From Longimicrobiales bacterium (lineage in GTDB: Bacteria; Gemmatimonadota; Gemmatimonadetes; Longimicrobiales; Gaopeijiaceae): a stretch of DNA of 64,000 bases. The translations under genes were made by a program, and so were the position numbers. Every line of letters starts with the position of its first letter. The first letter of the stretch is position 1. Shown here in pieces: positions 50,819 through 62,188 of the stretch. Where the stretch lies: positions 896,001 through 960,000 of the forward strand of contig CBDAON010000004.1 in assembly GCA_965198065.1 (NCBI GenBank). The letters are read 5' to 3'. Under the pieces are notes generated by a model. The model made no database searches. It was not told where the DNA came from and saw only the letters and a program-made list of their open reading frames with translations.

Positions 50819-52915
50819 CTATCCGACTGCGGCGGGCGTCCCGCTCGCCGGGTCACGCTCCGGGCCGCTCCAGGTAGCCTCGTCCGTGTCCCGGACCTGT
50901 CTCGCAGCCGGTCCGGTGCGCCGAGTCGGGATGCCCGCCCCGGGCCAGAGACCGATCAGGGCTCCCACCACTACGATCAGGCCCCCGTACCAGATCCAGG
51001 GCACGAGCGGGTTCACCATCGCCACGAACGTGGCCCGCTGGAGGTCCGGCCGGTTCCCGATCACCCCGACTGCGTCTTGATCGAGCACGAGCAGGAGGTA
51101 GAGATCCTCGACCAGGGTGGATCGGATCCCCACTGTCGTCATGGGCTGGGGCGGAGCGAGGACGAACTCCCTGGCGGTGGTGATCGTTCCGACGTTTTCA
51201 CCGTCCAAGCGGATAGTAAAGAGCGCGGTCACCACCGCCAGCGTGTTCCGCGGCCGGTCCGTCGACAGCCCCTCGTACTGGAGCTCGTACGTGTGCCCGA
51301 AGGGGGACGGGACCGACATCGTCTCGCCGGGTGAGAGGTTCTGGCGCACCTCCACGTTATAGGCTTTTCCGGCAAAGCCCATGAAGACGATTACCACACC
51401 GACGTGCACGATGTAGCCGCCCCACCGCTGGCGGTTCCGGCGGACAAGGTGAACGAGGGCGACCGCCGGATTCTCTTCCTCGATCCGCGCGCGGGCCCGG
51501 GTCCCCTTCCAAAACTCGATCACGATGACCGTCACGACGAAGGCGCCGAGCGCGAACGTGAGTAACGCGTACGTGTGGCGAACTCCCATCCCGAACAGCG
51601 CCGCCCCCACCCCCACCGCGACCGCGACCGGAACGAGGAAGTTTCGCCTGAGGTTCCGGGGAGAGGCCTTTCGCCACGCGATCACGGGCCCGATCCCCAT
51701 GAGGGCGAGGAGCGCGAGGCCGATCGGAATGTTCACGCGATTGAAAAACGGGGGCCCCACGGCCACCTTCGAGCCCGTCAGCCCTTCGGTGAGCAGCGGG
51801 AACATGGTGCCCCACGTGACCGCGAACGCGATTCCGAGGAGGACCAGGTTGTTCAGGAGGAACGCCGTCTCGCGCGACAGGAACGACTCGAACTGCCGCT
51901 CGCTCTGGAGGAGCGGAAGTCGCCAGACGATGAGGACGGTCGAGACCGCGGCGACCGCTCCCAGGCACCCGAGGAAGATCCACGCGATCACGAGATTCTC
52001 GGCGAAGGAGTGCACGGACTCGATCAGCCCGGAGCGCGTCAGGAACGTCGCGAAGATCGTCATGAGGAACGTGAGGACCACGAGCCCCATGTTCCAGATC
52101 TTCAGCATCCCCCGGTTCTCTTGGATCATCACGGAGTGGAGGAACGCGGTCGCCACGAGCCAGGGGAGGAGCGAGGCGTTCTCCACGGGGTCCCAGAACC
52201 AGAACCCACCCCACCCGAGCTCCTCGTAGGCCCACCGCATCCCCAACACGACTCCGACGGTGAGGAAGAGCCAGCTCGAGAGCGTCCACTTCCTCGTCAC
52301 CTGGATCCACCTCCCGTCCAGGCGCCCGGTCATGAGCGACGCGATCGCGAACGCGAAGGGGATCGTGAAGGAGGTGAACCCCAGGTAAAGCATCGGGGGG
52401 TGCATCGTCATCCAGTAGCTCTGGAGCTGCGGGTTCAACCCACGACCGTCGGCGGGAGTGAAGGCGAGGAGCTCGAACGGCGGGGTGACGAAGATCGAGA
52501 TCGCGATGAAGAAGGAGAGGAACGCGAGGAGCACCCCGTTCACGTACGGCATCAGGTCGCGGTGGCGATCCCGGTTGAACCAGACCGCGACGGAGGAGAA
52601 GAGGGCCAGGTTCAGCCCCCAGAACACGAGCGAGCCGCGCTGACCCGCCCAGAGGCCGGCCACCTTGAAGAAGGTGAGCAGCTCCCGGCTCGAGTAGTTG
52701 TAGACGTACCAGTACTCGTACCGGTCCTGCAGGAAGGCCGTGATGATACCGGCGGAGGCGACCGCGAGGAGGAAGAGGACCCCGTAGGTGCTACGCTCGG
52801 CCGAAAGGACGAGGTCTCCACGCGACCACTTCCCCCCGAGGAACGCCAGCACACATCCCCAGAGAGCGATGGGCAGGGCGATCCAGAGCGCGAACTCGCC
52901 CAGCGCGGGGATCAC
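50819..52915 (-). CDS. ccmF: Cytochrome c heme lyase
   Basis: GLNPQLQ, HPPMLYLG, WAYEELGWGGFWFWDPVENAS, TRSG and SVHSF. Confidence 0.97.
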   Translation of the reverse strand: MIPALGEFALWIALPIALWGCVLAFLGGKWSRGDLVLSAERSTYGVLFLLAVASAGIITAFLQDRYEYWYVYNYSSRELLTFFKVAGLWAGQRGSLVFWGLNLALFSSVAVWFNRDRHRDLMPYVNGVLLAFLSFFIAISIFVTPPFELLAFTPADGRGLNPQLQSYWMTMHPPMLYLGFTSFTIPFAFAIASLMTGRLDGRWIQVTRKWTLSSWLFLTVGVVLGMRWAYEELGWGGFWFWDPVENASLLPWLVATAFLHSVMIQENRGMLKIWNMGLVVLTFLMTIFATFLTRSGLIESVHSFAENLVIAWIFLGCLGAVAAVSTVLIVWRLPLLQSERQFESFLSRETAFLLNNLVLLGIAFAVTWGTMFPLLTEGLTGSKVAVGPPFFNRVNIPIGLALLALMGIGPVIAWRKASPRNLRRNFLVPVAVAVGVGAALFGMGVRHTYALLTFALGAFVVTVIVIEFWKGTRARARIEEENPAVALVHLVRRNRQRWGGYIVHVGVVIVFMGFAGKAYNVEVRQNLSPGETMSVPSPFGHTYELQYEGLSTDRPRNTLAVVTALFTIRLDGENVGTITTAREFVLAPPQPMTTVGIRSTLVEDLYLLLVLDQDAVGVIGNRPDLQRATFVAMVNPLVPWIWYGGLIVVVGALIGLWPGAGIPTRRTGPAARQVRDTDEATWSGPERDPASGTPAAVG

Positions 52916-53370
52916 TCGATCGACTCTCCGACCCGAGCGGCGAGCTCAGGCTCGGGCATCGCCTCGTAACGGCTCCCGCACTTCGTGAGGACTTCCGTGG
53001 CCTCGAAGACATGATCAGCGCGGAGCGTGCCCTCCATCACGACCTCGACTTCCATGGAGGGGTCGTCCGTAAACGTGTCCGGAAGGGGGTGCCGGAACTC
53101 CACGTCGAAGCTGACCGACGGGTCCTCCGGGTCTTCCACTACGAAGCGGTGGAGGAGCTCGCTGCTAGAGTGCCGGTAGCTCTCCGGGACCAGCTTCCCG
53201 CTCACCCGCCACGACCGCGCCATGGACTCCGGGCTCTCGTCGATGCGGGCCAGGAGCTCAGAGGGGGTCACGAAATAGAGCATGGTCTCGGAGACCCCCG
53301 TCCACACGAGGTAGCCGACGACCGCCGCGACGGCGGTGAGCCCCACGAAGAACCGTGGATCCTTGCGCAT
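52912..53370 (-). CDS. ccmE: Heme chaperone CcmE, CxxxY type
   Basis: YFVTPSEL, LPDTF and FEATEVLTKCGSRYE. Confidence 0.93.
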   Translation of the reverse strand: MRKDPRFFVGLTAVAAVVGYLVWTGVSETMLYFVTPSELLARIDESPESMARSWRVSGKLVPESYRHSSSELLHRFVVEDPEDPSVSFDVEFRHPLPDTFTDDPSMEVEVVMEGTLRADHVFEATEVLTKCGSRYEAMPEPELAARVGESIE

Positions 53371-53501
53371 GGAAGGCTCCGAGGATGTGGTCGAAAGTGT
53401 CTCGCGAACCGCTCCGTGAATCTTACCCGGCGAGACCCCTCATTTCAAGCCAAACCCAGGCTCTCCCGAACCCGCTCTCGGGCTCAGCCAGCAGTCGGGA
53501 G

Positions 53502-54995
53502 CTACCGGAAGCTCCGTGCCGCCTGGACGGCGTGCGCCCAGCGGTCCCGGAGGGCCTCACGCTCGTTCTTCCCCATAGAGGACGGAAAGGTCCGCGCCTC
53601 GCCCTGGGATTGGAGGAAGTCGTCCGGAGTCTTCCACAGGCCTACCCCCAGGCCCGCGAGCCCCGCCGCGCCCAGGGCGGTCGTCTGGACCTCGGCCGGG
53701 CGACGGACGGGGATGCCGAGAACCCCCGCCTGGAACGCCATGAGCCAGTCGCTCGCCGAGGCCCCGCCGTCCACCTGGAGCTCCAGGGTCTGGATCCCGG
53801 AGTCGGCCTCCATCGCCTCGAGCACTTCGGCCGTCGAGAAGGCCATAGCCTCGAGCGCCGCACGCACGAGGTGCGCCCGCGTCGTGCCGCGAGTGAGCCC
53901 GAGAATCGTGCCCCTCGTTTCCGGGTCCCAGTGCGGGGCTCCGAGGCCCACGAACGCCGGGACGAAGTACACGCCGTCGTTGCCCTCGAGGGAGGCCGCC
54001 ATCGCCTCCGACTCGGCGGCCGACGCCAGGAGCCCGAGCCCGTCTCGGAGCCACTGGATCGCCGCCCCCGCGACGAATATCGAGCCCTCGAGGGCGAAGG
54101 TCCGCTCGCCCCGCGGGCCGCACGCCACTGTCGTGAGCAGGCCATGCTTCGAGTGTACGATCTCCCCGCCAGTGTGGTGGAGAAGGAAGGCGCCCGTTCC
54201 GTACGTGTTCTTGGCCATGCCGGGAGCCCAGCACCCCTGCCCGAAGAGCGCGGCCTGCTGATCCCCCGCCACGCCCGCGACGGGCGCCTCGATCCCCAGC
54301 GCGTCCCCGGAGCAGATGCCGAAGTCGCCCGAGCTCGACCGAATCTCGGGAAGGAGCGCACGCGGCACCCCGAACGTGTCGAGGAGCCCGTCCTCCCAGG
54401 TGCCGCTCTCCAGCCCGTAGAGGAGTGTGCGCGACGCGTTCGTCGGGTCGGTCGCGTGGGTGCGTCCGCCCGTGAGCGCCTGGATGAGCCAGCTGTCGAT
54501 CGTGCCGCAGGCCAGCTCCCCCGTCTCCGCCCGGCTCCGGAGCCCGGGCACCTCCTCGAGGAGCCACGTGAGCTTCGTCCCGGAGAAGTAGGGGTCGAGG
54601 ACGAGCCCGGTGGCCGCCCGAATCTCGTCCTCCCTTCCCTCCTCCCTGAGCCTCCGGCAGAGCGGGGCCGTCCGCCGGTCCTGCCAGACGATCGCCCGGT
54701 GGACCGGCTGGCCGGTCGCCCGGTCCCAGACGACGACGGTCTCCCGTTGGTTCGTGATCCCAATGCCCTCGATCGTCACCGGCTCCCGACCGGCCGCCTC
54801 TCCGATCGCCTTCCGGGCGACGGAGAGTGTGACGTCCCGGATCTCGTCCGCGTCGTGCTCGACCCACGCCGGCTTCGGGAAGTGCTGGGTGAACTCCGAG
54901 TATCCAGTCCCGAGGATCCGCCCGTCCCTCGCGATGACGAGGGCGGTGCTCCCGGTCGTTCCCTGGTCGAGGGACAGGACGGCGGCGATCGGCAT
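53502..54995 (-). CDS. glpK: Glycerol kinase
   Basis: DQGTTGS, GITNQRET, AIVWQDRRT, GDQQAALFGQ and KNTYGTG. Confidence 0.98.
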   Translation of the reverse strand: MPIAAVLSLDQGTTGSTALVIARDGRILGTGYSEFTQHFPKPAWVEHDADEIRDVTLSVARKAIGEAAGREPVTIEGIGITNQRETVVVWDRATGQPVHRAIVWQDRRTAPLCRRLREEGREDEIRAATGLVLDPYFSGTKLTWLLEEVPGLRSRAETGELACGTIDSWLIQALTGGRTHATDPTNASRTLLYGLESGTWEDGLLDTFGVPRALLPEIRSSSGDFGICSGDALGIEAPVAGVAGDQQAALFGQGCWAPGMAKNTYGTGAFLLHHTGGEIVHSKHGLLTTVACGPRGERTFALEGSIFVAGAAIQWLRDGLGLLASAAESEAMAASLEGNDGVYFVPAFVGLGAPHWDPETRGTILGLTRGTTRAHLVRAALEAMAFSTAEVLEAMEADSGIQTLELQVDGGASASDWLMAFQAGVLGIPVRRPAEVQTTALGAAGLAGLGVGLWKTPDDFLQSQGEARTFPSSMGKNEREALRDRWAHAVQAARSFR

Positions 54996-55418
54996 GGGCT
55001 AGCCCCTCCGCGCCGGACCGTCTCTGCCCGCCCGGCCCCAGCGAGCCAGGAGCCGCGAGACGAACGCCGGCACGCGGTCGGGTCCAGCGACACGTAATCG
55101 TGGATGAGAATGTTCCGAAAGCCGGGCGGACGGCCCAGCCCGACGACGAGATCGTCCGGGAACCCCGCGCGGAGAGCGACGTGGGGGATCAGGAATGGTC
55201 CACTCTTCCAGAGCTCTCGGCCACATGACCGTCAGGCGCGCCGCGGTCTCGAGGTACCGCTGCAAAGCCGTGGAGTACTCCCGAAATCGTTCCACAGCCC
55301 AGCGAGGCATCCCCACTCCCCGGCGCCAAAGGACGACGCGTGTAATGCGGCTAGATCGCCGACAGCTCGGAGCATGTTTCCTGGAATGCTGAAGAGAATA
55401 TATTCCGCCGCCTCGCAG

Positions 55419-56051
55419 TTACCTCCCCCCGAATCGATACGGACACCCCGCTTCTTCCAGGAGCCGGACGAGTAAGGGCACGGGAAGCCCGACGACCGCC
55501 GTGTAATCTCCCTCGATCCGGCTGACCAGAGCCGCGCCCTTCCCCTGGATGCCGTACGCACCGGCCTTGTCCATGGGCTCGCCCGTCCGAACGTACGCCT
55601 CCGCTAACGCACGACCGAAGGGTCGAAACGAGACGGCCGTCGTTTCGACCCCGCTCCGGATGCGCCCGGCGGGATCGGGGCTGGCCCCAGGCACAGGGGA
55701 CGCCGGCTCCAGGTCTCCAGCGGGAGGAGCGAGGGCCAGCGCCGACACGACCCGGTGGACCTTCCCCTGGAGGCGGAGGAGCATCCGGACCGCGTCCTCC
55801 GCGTCCACTGGCTTCCCCAAGACGGCTTCGCCGTCCGCCACAACGGTGTCTCCGGCCAGCACCCAACGGCCGGGAAAGCGCTCGCTCCCGACCGCGGCCT
55901 TCCGGCGCGCCAGCCGCTCGGTGTGCGTCTCGGGCCGCTCGGCCGGGACCGGATCCTCCGGGACGCCGGCGGGATGAACTTCGACGTCGAACCCGAGGCC
56001 CCGGAGGATCTCGGCCCGGCGCGGGGACCCCGAAGCGAGAACGAGCTTCAC
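55419..56051 (-). CDS. maf: Maf-family nucleotide pyrophosphatase
   Basis: [16 protein letters not shown] and [13 protein letters not shown]. Confidence 0.95.
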   Translation of the reverse strand: MKLVLASGSPRRAEILRGLGFDVEVHPAGVPEDPVPAERPETHTERLARRKAAVGSERFPGRWVLAGDTVVADGEAVLGKPVDAEDAVRMLLRLQGKVHRVVSALALAPPAGDLEPASPVPGASPDPAGRIRSGVETTAVSFRPFGRALAEAYVRTGEPMDKAGAYGIQGKGAALVSRIEGDYTAVVGLPVPLLVRLLEEAGCPYRFGGR

Positions 56052-56569
56052 GGAAACGACTCGCGGAGGGGAGCCTCTCCACCCCCTGCCCCAGAGACGC
56101 CGCCGCGCCCGGCGCCAGGCAACGGTGCCTCCTTCTCGAGCATGAGCGTCACCGGCCCCTCGTTCACCAGGCGGATGTCCATCATCGCCCTGAACTCACC
56201 CGTCTCGACCAGGCCTGGGGCGCGCTCGCGGAGGAGGGACACGAAGCGCTCGTAGAGGCGAACCGCCCGATCCGGGTGAGCGGCCTTCACGAACGACGGC
56301 CGCCTTCCCTTTCGCGAGTCCCCGTAGAGAGTGAACTGGCTCACGACCAGGATCGCGCCGTTCACCTCCGCGAGGGAAAAGTTCATCTTCCCGTCCGCGT
56401 CCCCGAAGACCCGGAGGCCCACGACCTTCTCGGCCATCCAGGCAAGCTCGCCCTCGGTGTCGGCGTCGGTGAACCCCGCGAGGAGGAGGAGCCCCGGCCC
56501 GATCTCGCCGAGGACCCGACCCTCGACGGCAACCGACGCCTCGCTCACCCTCTGGAGCACGACCCTCAC
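56048..56569 (-). CDS. dtd: D-aminoacyl-tRNA deacylase
   Basis: MRVVLQRV, VSQFTL, KGRRPSF and NEGPVT. Confidence 0.97.
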   Translation of the reverse strand: MRVVLQRVSEASVAVEGRVLGEIGPGLLLLAGFTDADTEGELAWMAEKVVGLRVFGDADGKMNFSLAEVNGAILVVSQFTLYGDSRKGRRPSFVKAAHPDRAVRLYERFVSLLRERAPGLVETGEFRAMMDIRLVNEGPVTLMLEKEAPLPGAGRGGVSGAGGGEAPLRESFP

Positions 56570-56630
56570 GGGGCCGGCCCTCCCGAACCTGGCCGTCGGA
56601 TGAGCGCCACGGATGGCTGGGGCTGGGCTG

Positions 56631-58469
56631 TCACTCCACCGTCACGGACTTGGCGAGGTTTCGGGGCTGATCCACGTCGCAGCCGCGGAGCACAGCGATG
56701 TGGTACGCCAGGAGCTGGAGCGGAATCACGGTCAGAATCGGGAGAAGCGCCGGATGGGTCTCCGGAACCGTCAGGAAGTGGTCCGCCTTCCCTTCGAGCT
56801 CCTCGGCGCCGTTGCTCACAACCGCGATCACCCGTCCGGAGCGCGCCTTCACCTCCTCGATATTCGAGACGACCTTGTGGTAGACCGTGTCCTGGGGAGC
56901 CAGAACCACGACGGGCATCTTGTCGTCGATCAGCGCGATCGGCCCGTGCTTCATCTCGGCCGCGGGGTACCCCTCGGCGTGGATGTAGCTCACCTCCTTC
57001 AGCTTCAGAGCTCCTTCCAACGCGACCGGGAACTGGAATCCCCTCCCCAGATAGAGGAAGTTCGGCTCGTCCTGGTACTGCTCCGCGAGCTCCCGGATCC
57101 GGTCGGTGTCGGCCAGGATCCGCTTGACCTGATCCGGGAGCTCCTTCATCGCCTTCACGAGCTTCCGCCCCTCAAGCAGGGAGAGGTTCTTCCGGCGGCC
57201 GAGGTAGAGGCTGAAGAGGGCGAGGGCGCCCACCTGACTCGTGAACGCCTTGGTCGAGGCGACGCCGATCTCCGGGCCCGCGTGGAGGTAGACCCCGAAG
57301 TCCGTCTCCCGCGCAATCGTGGAGCCCACGACGTTCACGATTCCCATGACACGGGCTCCCCGCCGCTTCGCCTCCCGAAGTGCGGCGAGCGTGTCGGCCG
57401 TCTCGCCCGACTGACTCACGACGATGACGAGCGTGTTCCGGTCCACGACGGGATTCTTGTAACGGAACTCGGACGCGTACTCGACCTTAGTGGGAATCCG
57501 CGCCATCTCCTCGAGCATGTACTCGCCAATGAGCGCCGAATGCCAGGATGTGCCGCACGCGGTAATCACGATCCGCTCGACCCCGAGGAGGTCCCGGTCC
57601 TCGATCGTGACGCCCCCGAGGCGGGCGGAACCCTCGTCCTCCAGGATCCGGCCCCTCATCACGTCCTGGAGGGTCTGCGGCTGCTCGCAGATCTCCTTCA
57701 GCATGAAGTGCTCGAAGCCGCCCTTCTCGATCGCAGCCAGGTCCCAGGTCACCTCGTGCACTTGGCGCTGCACTGGGCCCAGCCGGAGATGGAAGGTCCG
57801 ATAGCCCTCCGGCGTGATCACCGCATAGTCGCCGTCGTCCAGGTAGACGACGTTCCGGGTGTGGGCGATTACCGCCGCCGCGTCAGAGCCGACGAGCATC
57901 TCCCCGTCCCTTCCGACGCCGAGGAGGAGGGGCGAGCCGTGCCGCGCCACGACGATCTTGTCCAGATCCCGGGAGCTCACGACCGCGATGCCGTAGGCGC
58001 CGATCACTCGCTCTAGGGCAAGTACCACCGCGTCTTCGAGACGACCCCCCTCAGGCCAGAGCTGCTCGATCAGATGTACGACTACCTCAGTGTCTGTCTC
58101 GCCCTGGAGCTCGACGCCCGCCGCCTGGAGGCCGGCCCTGAGCGTCGCCGCGTTCTCGATGATTCCGTTGTGGACGAGCGCGATCGACCCGTCTCGGGAC
58201 GTGTGCGGGTGGGCGTTCTCGTAGTTGGGCGAGCCGTGGGTGGCCCACCGCGTGTGGCCGATCCCGCACGTGCCGGCCAGAGGATGCTTCTGGAGGAGGT
58301 GCTCGAGCTGAGTCAGCTTACCGGGAGCCTTGACCGTGCGGAAGACGCCACCGCGATCGAGAACGGTCAACCCGGCGGAATCGTACCCCCGATACTCGAG
58401 CCGGCGAAGCGCGTCGAGGAGAATCGGCACGGCCGGCCTCGGTCCGACATAGCCCACGATTCCACACAT
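56631..58469 (-). CDS. glmS: Glutamine--fructose-6-phosphate aminotransferase
   Basis: [25 protein letters not shown] and [11 protein letters not shown]. Confidence 0.99.
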   Translation of the reverse strand: MCGIVGYVGPRPAVPILLDALRRLEYRGYDSAGLTVLDRGGVFRTVKAPGKLTQLEHLLQKHPLAGTCGIGHTRWATHGSPNYENAHPHTSRDGSIALVHNGIIENAATLRAGLQAAGVELQGETDTEVVVHLIEQLWPEGGRLEDAVVLALERVIGAYGIAVVSSRDLDKIVVARHGSPLLLGVGRDGEMLVGSDAAAVIAHTRNVVYLDDGDYAVITPEGYRTFHLRLGPVQRQVHEVTWDLAAIEKGGFEHFMLKEICEQPQTLQDVMRGRILEDEGSARLGGVTIEDRDLLGVERIVITACGTSWHSALIGEYMLEEMARIPTKVEYASEFRYKNPVVDRNTLVIVVSQSGETADTLAALREAKRRGARVMGIVNVVGSTIARETDFGVYLHAGPEIGVASTKAFTSQVGALALFSLYLGRRKNLSLLEGRKLVKAMKELPDQVKRILADTDRIRELAEQYQDEPNFLYLGRGFQFPVALEGALKLKEVSYIHAEGYPAAEMKHGPIALIDDKMPVVVLAPQDTVYHKVVSNIEEVKARSGRVIAVVSNGAEELEGKADHFLTVPETHPALLPILTVIPLQLLAYHIAVLRGCDVDQPRNLAKSVTVE

Positions 58470-58507
58470 ATCCCGGTTCCTCCGCTACGCTCGCCCGCGC
58501 TCGTCCC

Positions 58508-59896
58508 TCAACTGCCCACCGAGCCGGCGAGGACCTCGAGCGCGCGTCCCACGAGGCGCTCGGCCGCTGCCTCGCTCGGGGCCTCGGCGATGACGCGCAC
58601 GACGGGCTCGGTTCCCGACGCGCGTACGTGGAGCCACTCCTTTCGGTCCGACCATGCCAGCCGGAGCCCATCCGAAGCGTCGCTCTCTCCCGCGACGAGC
58701 TCCGCAGCGAGGGCCGCGAGCGCGGCGGCGACCCGGTCCCGCGGAAAGTTGACCTTCCGCTTCACGATCCGGTAGCTCGGCCAGCGCTCCCGGGCCCCGC
58801 GGAGGGTGGAACCGACGTCCAGAAGATGCTGAAGGACGAGCGCCGCGCCTACAGGCGCGTCGCGCGTGTAGTGCAACTCCGGGAGGATCACGCCTCCGTT
58901 TCCCTCCCCACCGACCACCGCTCGCTCCTGCTCCATCCGCCGGGCCACGTTGATCTCGCCCACCGGCGCGCGGTGGCACGCGACCCCGAATTCGGCCGCG
59001 ACATCCTCGACCACGCAGGACGTGGAGAGGTTGGTGACGACTGGCCCGGGCCGGCGCCGGAGCACCGCCGCTGCCGAGAGCGCGAGCGTCAGATCCTCGC
59101 CGAGGGGGGCCCCCGCTCCGTCCACTAGAGCGAGGCGGTCTACGTCCGGGTCCACGGCAAGCCCGAGATCGGCGCCCGTCGTGCGCACCAGCTCGCCCAG
59201 GTCTCCCAGGTTCCGGGCCGTGGGCTCGGGATCCCGGGGAAAGCGCCCGTCAGTTTCGAGCCCGATCCCGCTCACCCGGCAGCCGAGCGACTCGAGGAGC
59301 CGGGGCAGGATCCGCCCCCCCGCCCCGTGCACGCAGTCGACGGCGACGTGGAAGCCCCGCGCGCGGAGTCGGTCGGTCTCGAGGAGAGGCAGCGCGAGGA
59401 TCCGTTCGATGTGGCGGGAGATCGCGTCGGGATCGTCCCGGACCTCCCCCAGGCGATCCCACGATGCTCTCGCGGGGTCGCGGCGGAGCGAGGCCTGAAA
59501 GCGGCCCATGCTGTCCGGGTCGAGGAAGAGACCATCCGGTCCCGCGAGCTTGAGGGCGTTCCACTCCGCGGGGTTATGGCTCGCCGTCACCCCAACCGCC
59601 CCGGCCGCCTGTCCCTCTCGCGCGGCGAGGAGCAGTGTGGGCGTCGGGACGATCCCGAGGTCCACCACGTTCCGACCCACCGACACGAGCCCCCCTCTCG
59701 CCGCGTCGGCGAGCATGGGGCCGGACGTGCGCGAATCCCGTCCGAGATAGATCGGGCCCTCGGCCCGCTCCTCGTCGAGGAACGCGCCGAACCTCGCTGC
59801 CAGCGCCGTCACGAGGTCGGGCGTGAGGGAGAGCCCGACGCGCCCCCGGAACCCGGAGACGCTCACCATTAGGTCGTCCGGGAGCGAGAGCGTCAC
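58508..59896 (-). CDS. glmM: Phosphoglucosamine mutase / phosphohexomutase
   Basis: TASHNP, DPDVDR, GGEGNGG and RASGTEP; adjacent to glmS. Confidence 0.88.
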   Translation of the reverse strand: MTLSLPDDLMVSVSGFRGRVGLSLTPDLVTALAARFGAFLDEERAEGPIYLGRDSRTSGPMLADAARGGLVSVGRNVVDLGIVPTPTLLLAAREGQAAGAVGVTASHNPAEWNALKLAGPDGLFLDPDSMGRFQASLRRDPARASWDRLGEVRDDPDAISRHIERILALPLLETDRLRARGFHVAVDCVHGAGGRILPRLLESLGCRVSGIGLETDGRFPRDPEPTARNLGDLGELVRTTGADLGLAVDPDVDRLALVDGAGAPLGEDLTLALSAAAVLRRRPGPVVTNLSTSCVVEDVAAEFGVACHRAPVGEINVARRMEQERAVVGGEGNGGVILPELHYTRDAPVGAALVLQHLLDVGSTLRGARERWPSYRIVKRKVNFPRDRVAAALAALAAELVAGESDASDGLRLAWSDRKEWLHVRASGTEPVVRVIAEAPSEAAAERLVGRALEVLAGSVGS

Positions 59897-59900
59897 GACC

Positions 59901-60581
59901 CTACCCGATGCCGAGCTTCAAGCCGATGCTCACGATCGGCCAGTAGTTCAGGTACGTGCCGACCTCTTCCTCGACGTTCGTTTCTTCTTGTCGTAGACGA
60001 GCCTGGAACGTGGTGTCGTCGATCACGGCCGAGTTTCCCTCGGTCGCCTCGAGCAGCACCTCCGGCTCGCCCAGGAACGCGACGCCCAGGTCCAGGAAGA
60101 GGCCGAAGCCCGTGTTCGTGTGCCGGCCGAACCCGATGAGCAGGTACGGGGCCGAGTCGGCCGAGTCTAGCGTGCCCACGACCTGGGCTACGTCGCTCCC
60201 CGTGTAGGTCCCGTCCCCGATGTCGATCGTCGCTTGTGGGGTGAGCGACGCCGTCACGGTCGGATCGTCGGGCTTGAAGAGCATCCCCCCTCCGATCCGG
60301 AAACCCCCGCCCAGGTACAGGTCGCCACCGATGTTGTACCACGTCTTCGGGAGCTCCAGGTCGGCCGTGATGTCGTCCGCGTCGAGCAGGCTCGAGCCGT
60401 CGATCTCGAGCGGCATGACGCCGATGCCGCCTCGCGCCACGAGGTTCCCGAACAGCCCGATGGCGCCCTCGGCGCCGATCCCGAGGGTGCCGACCCGGCC
60501 CGCCACCCCGATCTGCGCGGAAGCGACGGCCGGCGCGATGGCGAGCGCGGCCGCGGTGAGGACGATAAGTCTTCTTGTCAT
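59901..60581 (-). CDS. Putative outer-membrane beta-barrel protein
   Basis: Signal peptide ending ASA-Q; amphipathic beta strands (GTLGIGAE, APYLLIGFG, WPIVSIGLKLG). Confidence 0.7.
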   Translation of the reverse strand: MTRRLIVLTAAALAIAPAVASAQIGVAGRVGTLGIGAEGAIGLFGNLVARGGIGVMPLEIDGSSLLDADDITADLELPKTWYNIGGDLYLGGGFRIGGGMLFKPDDPTVTASLTPQATIDIGDGTYTGSDVAQVVGTLDSADSAPYLLIGFGRHTNTGFGLFLDLGVAFLGEPEVLLEATEGNSAVIDDTTFQARLRQEETNVEEEVGTYLNYWPIVSIGLKLGIG

Positions 60582-60823
60582 GAGGTCTCCGATGAGGTTG
60601 ACCGGGACGTGGGGGACGGGAGAGACGCCGGCGGTCGCAACCGTCGTCCGGCGCCCGAGCAGTATACAGAGGGACCCCGCCCCGGGAAACGGCGGAGCCC
60701 ACCCCCCTGTGTGTGGCCCGTCCTGGCAGACGGCGGACCGCGCCACGCCAAGCGGGGCAGGCGTAGCGAAAGGCGCCGCGATCCCGTAGCGCGGGCCCCA
60801 GGGGCATCGGTAGCTTCACCGCC

Positions 60824-61981
60824 ATGAAGAAGCTTCCCGCCCAGGGATTCGGGACCCGGGCCGTCCACGCGGGGCAGTCGCCCGATCCCACGACGGGCGC
60901 GATCATGCCGCCCATCTATCAGACCTCCACGTACGTGCAGCCCGAGCTGGGCCGGCACCTCGGATACGAGTACGCCCGGGTCCAGCACCCCACCCGGGAG
61001 GCCCTCGAGGCGAACCTCGAGGGGCTCGAGGGCGGAGCCCACGGGATCGCCTTCGCGAGCGGCCTCTCGGCTATCGAGGCTGTGATCAAGACGCTCTCCG
61101 CCGGTGACCACGTGGTGAGCGAGGAGAATACCTACGGGGGGACTGCGCGCATGTTCACACACGTGCTCTCCCGCCTCGGGATCGAGTTCTCGTACGTGGA
61201 CACCCGGGACGAGGACCAGGTGCGAGACGCGTTCCGCCCAGAGACGAAGCTCCTTCTCGTCGAGACCCCGACGAACCCCATGATGCGCCTCGCCGACCTG
61301 CCGCGGATGGTGGAGATCGCGCACTCAGCAGGAGCCTGGCTCCTCGTGGACAACACGTTCGCGACGCCGTTCAACCAGAGGCCTCTCGAGCTGGGAGCCG
61401 ACATCGTCGCGCACTCGACCACGAAGTACCTGAACGGCCACTCCGACATCATCGGCGGCGCCCTGGTGGTGCGGGATGACGACATCGCAGAGCGGATCCG
61501 GTTCGTGAGGAAGTCCACGGGCGCGGTCCCCGGGCCCATGGACGCGTGGCTCGTGCTCCGCGGCACCAAGACGCTCCATCTCAGGATGCGGGCCCACAAC
61601 GAGAACGGCATGGCCGTGGCCCGCTTCCTGGAGGGGCATCCCGCGCTGGAGGCGACGTATTACCCAGGCCTTCCCTCGCACCCGCAGCACAAGTTGGCCC
61701 AGCGTCAGATGCGCGGGTTCACCGGAATGGTGTCGGTGGAAACCGGGAGCGCCGAGCGGGCGAAGCGTCTGGTCGAACGGACGGAGCTCTTCGTCCTCGC
61801 GGAGTCCCTGGGCGGCGTCGAGTCGATCATCGGCGTGCCGGCCATCATGACACACGCCTCGGTGCCGAAGGAGCGGCGGGACGCGATGGGGGTCACGGAC
61901 GGGCTCGTCCGGCTGTCCGTCGGGATAGAGGACGTGGACGACCTGCTCACGGACCTGGATCAGGCGCTGAAAGCTCTCTGA
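60824..61981 (+). CDS. Cystathionine gamma-lyase/synthase (PLP, Cys/Met metabolism)
   Basis: PIYQTSTY, ETPTNP, VDNTFATP, HSTTKYLNGHSD and AESLGGVES. Confidence 0.95.
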   Translation: MKKLPAQGFGTRAVHAGQSPDPTTGAIMPPIYQTSTYVQPELGRHLGYEYARVQHPTREALEANLEGLEGGAHGIAFASGLSAIEAVIKTLSAGDHVVSEENTYGGTARMFTHVLSRLGIEFSYVDTRDEDQVRDAFRPETKLLLVETPTNPMMRLADLPRMVEIAHSAGAWLLVDNTFATPFNQRPLELGADIVAHSTTKYLNGHSDIIGGALVVRDDDIAERIRFVRKSTGAVPGPMDAWLVLRGTKTLHLRMRAHNENGMAVARFLEGHPALEATYYPGLPSHPQHKLAQRQMRGFTGMVSVETGSAERAKRLVERTELFVLAESLGGVESIIGVPAIMTHASVPKERRDAMGVTDGLVRLSVGIEDVDDLLTDLDQALKAL

Positions 61982-62188
61982 CGCGTGAGCGGGATCCCGT
62001 CCGATGGCCGCGCGCGGGCCCTCGGGGGGGGAGGTCCGATCCGAAACTTCCCGAGCGGCCGACCGTACTGTGTACGAGCGGACCACACGGATTGCGATCG
62101 GTTGCGAGCTGACGCGATTCGAGCCGAAGCGAGCGGTCGCGGACCATCGCCGACGACCCCGTCTCCAAGAACCCGGATACCCCTCCCG

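Noticed and set aside
54999..55316. Possible small ORF between maf and glpK
   Set aside because: No recognisable motif, and the C-terminal half looks non-coding; cannot be supported.
58469..58508. glmS ribozyme
   Set aside because: Only 38 bp separate glmM and glmS, too short to hold it.
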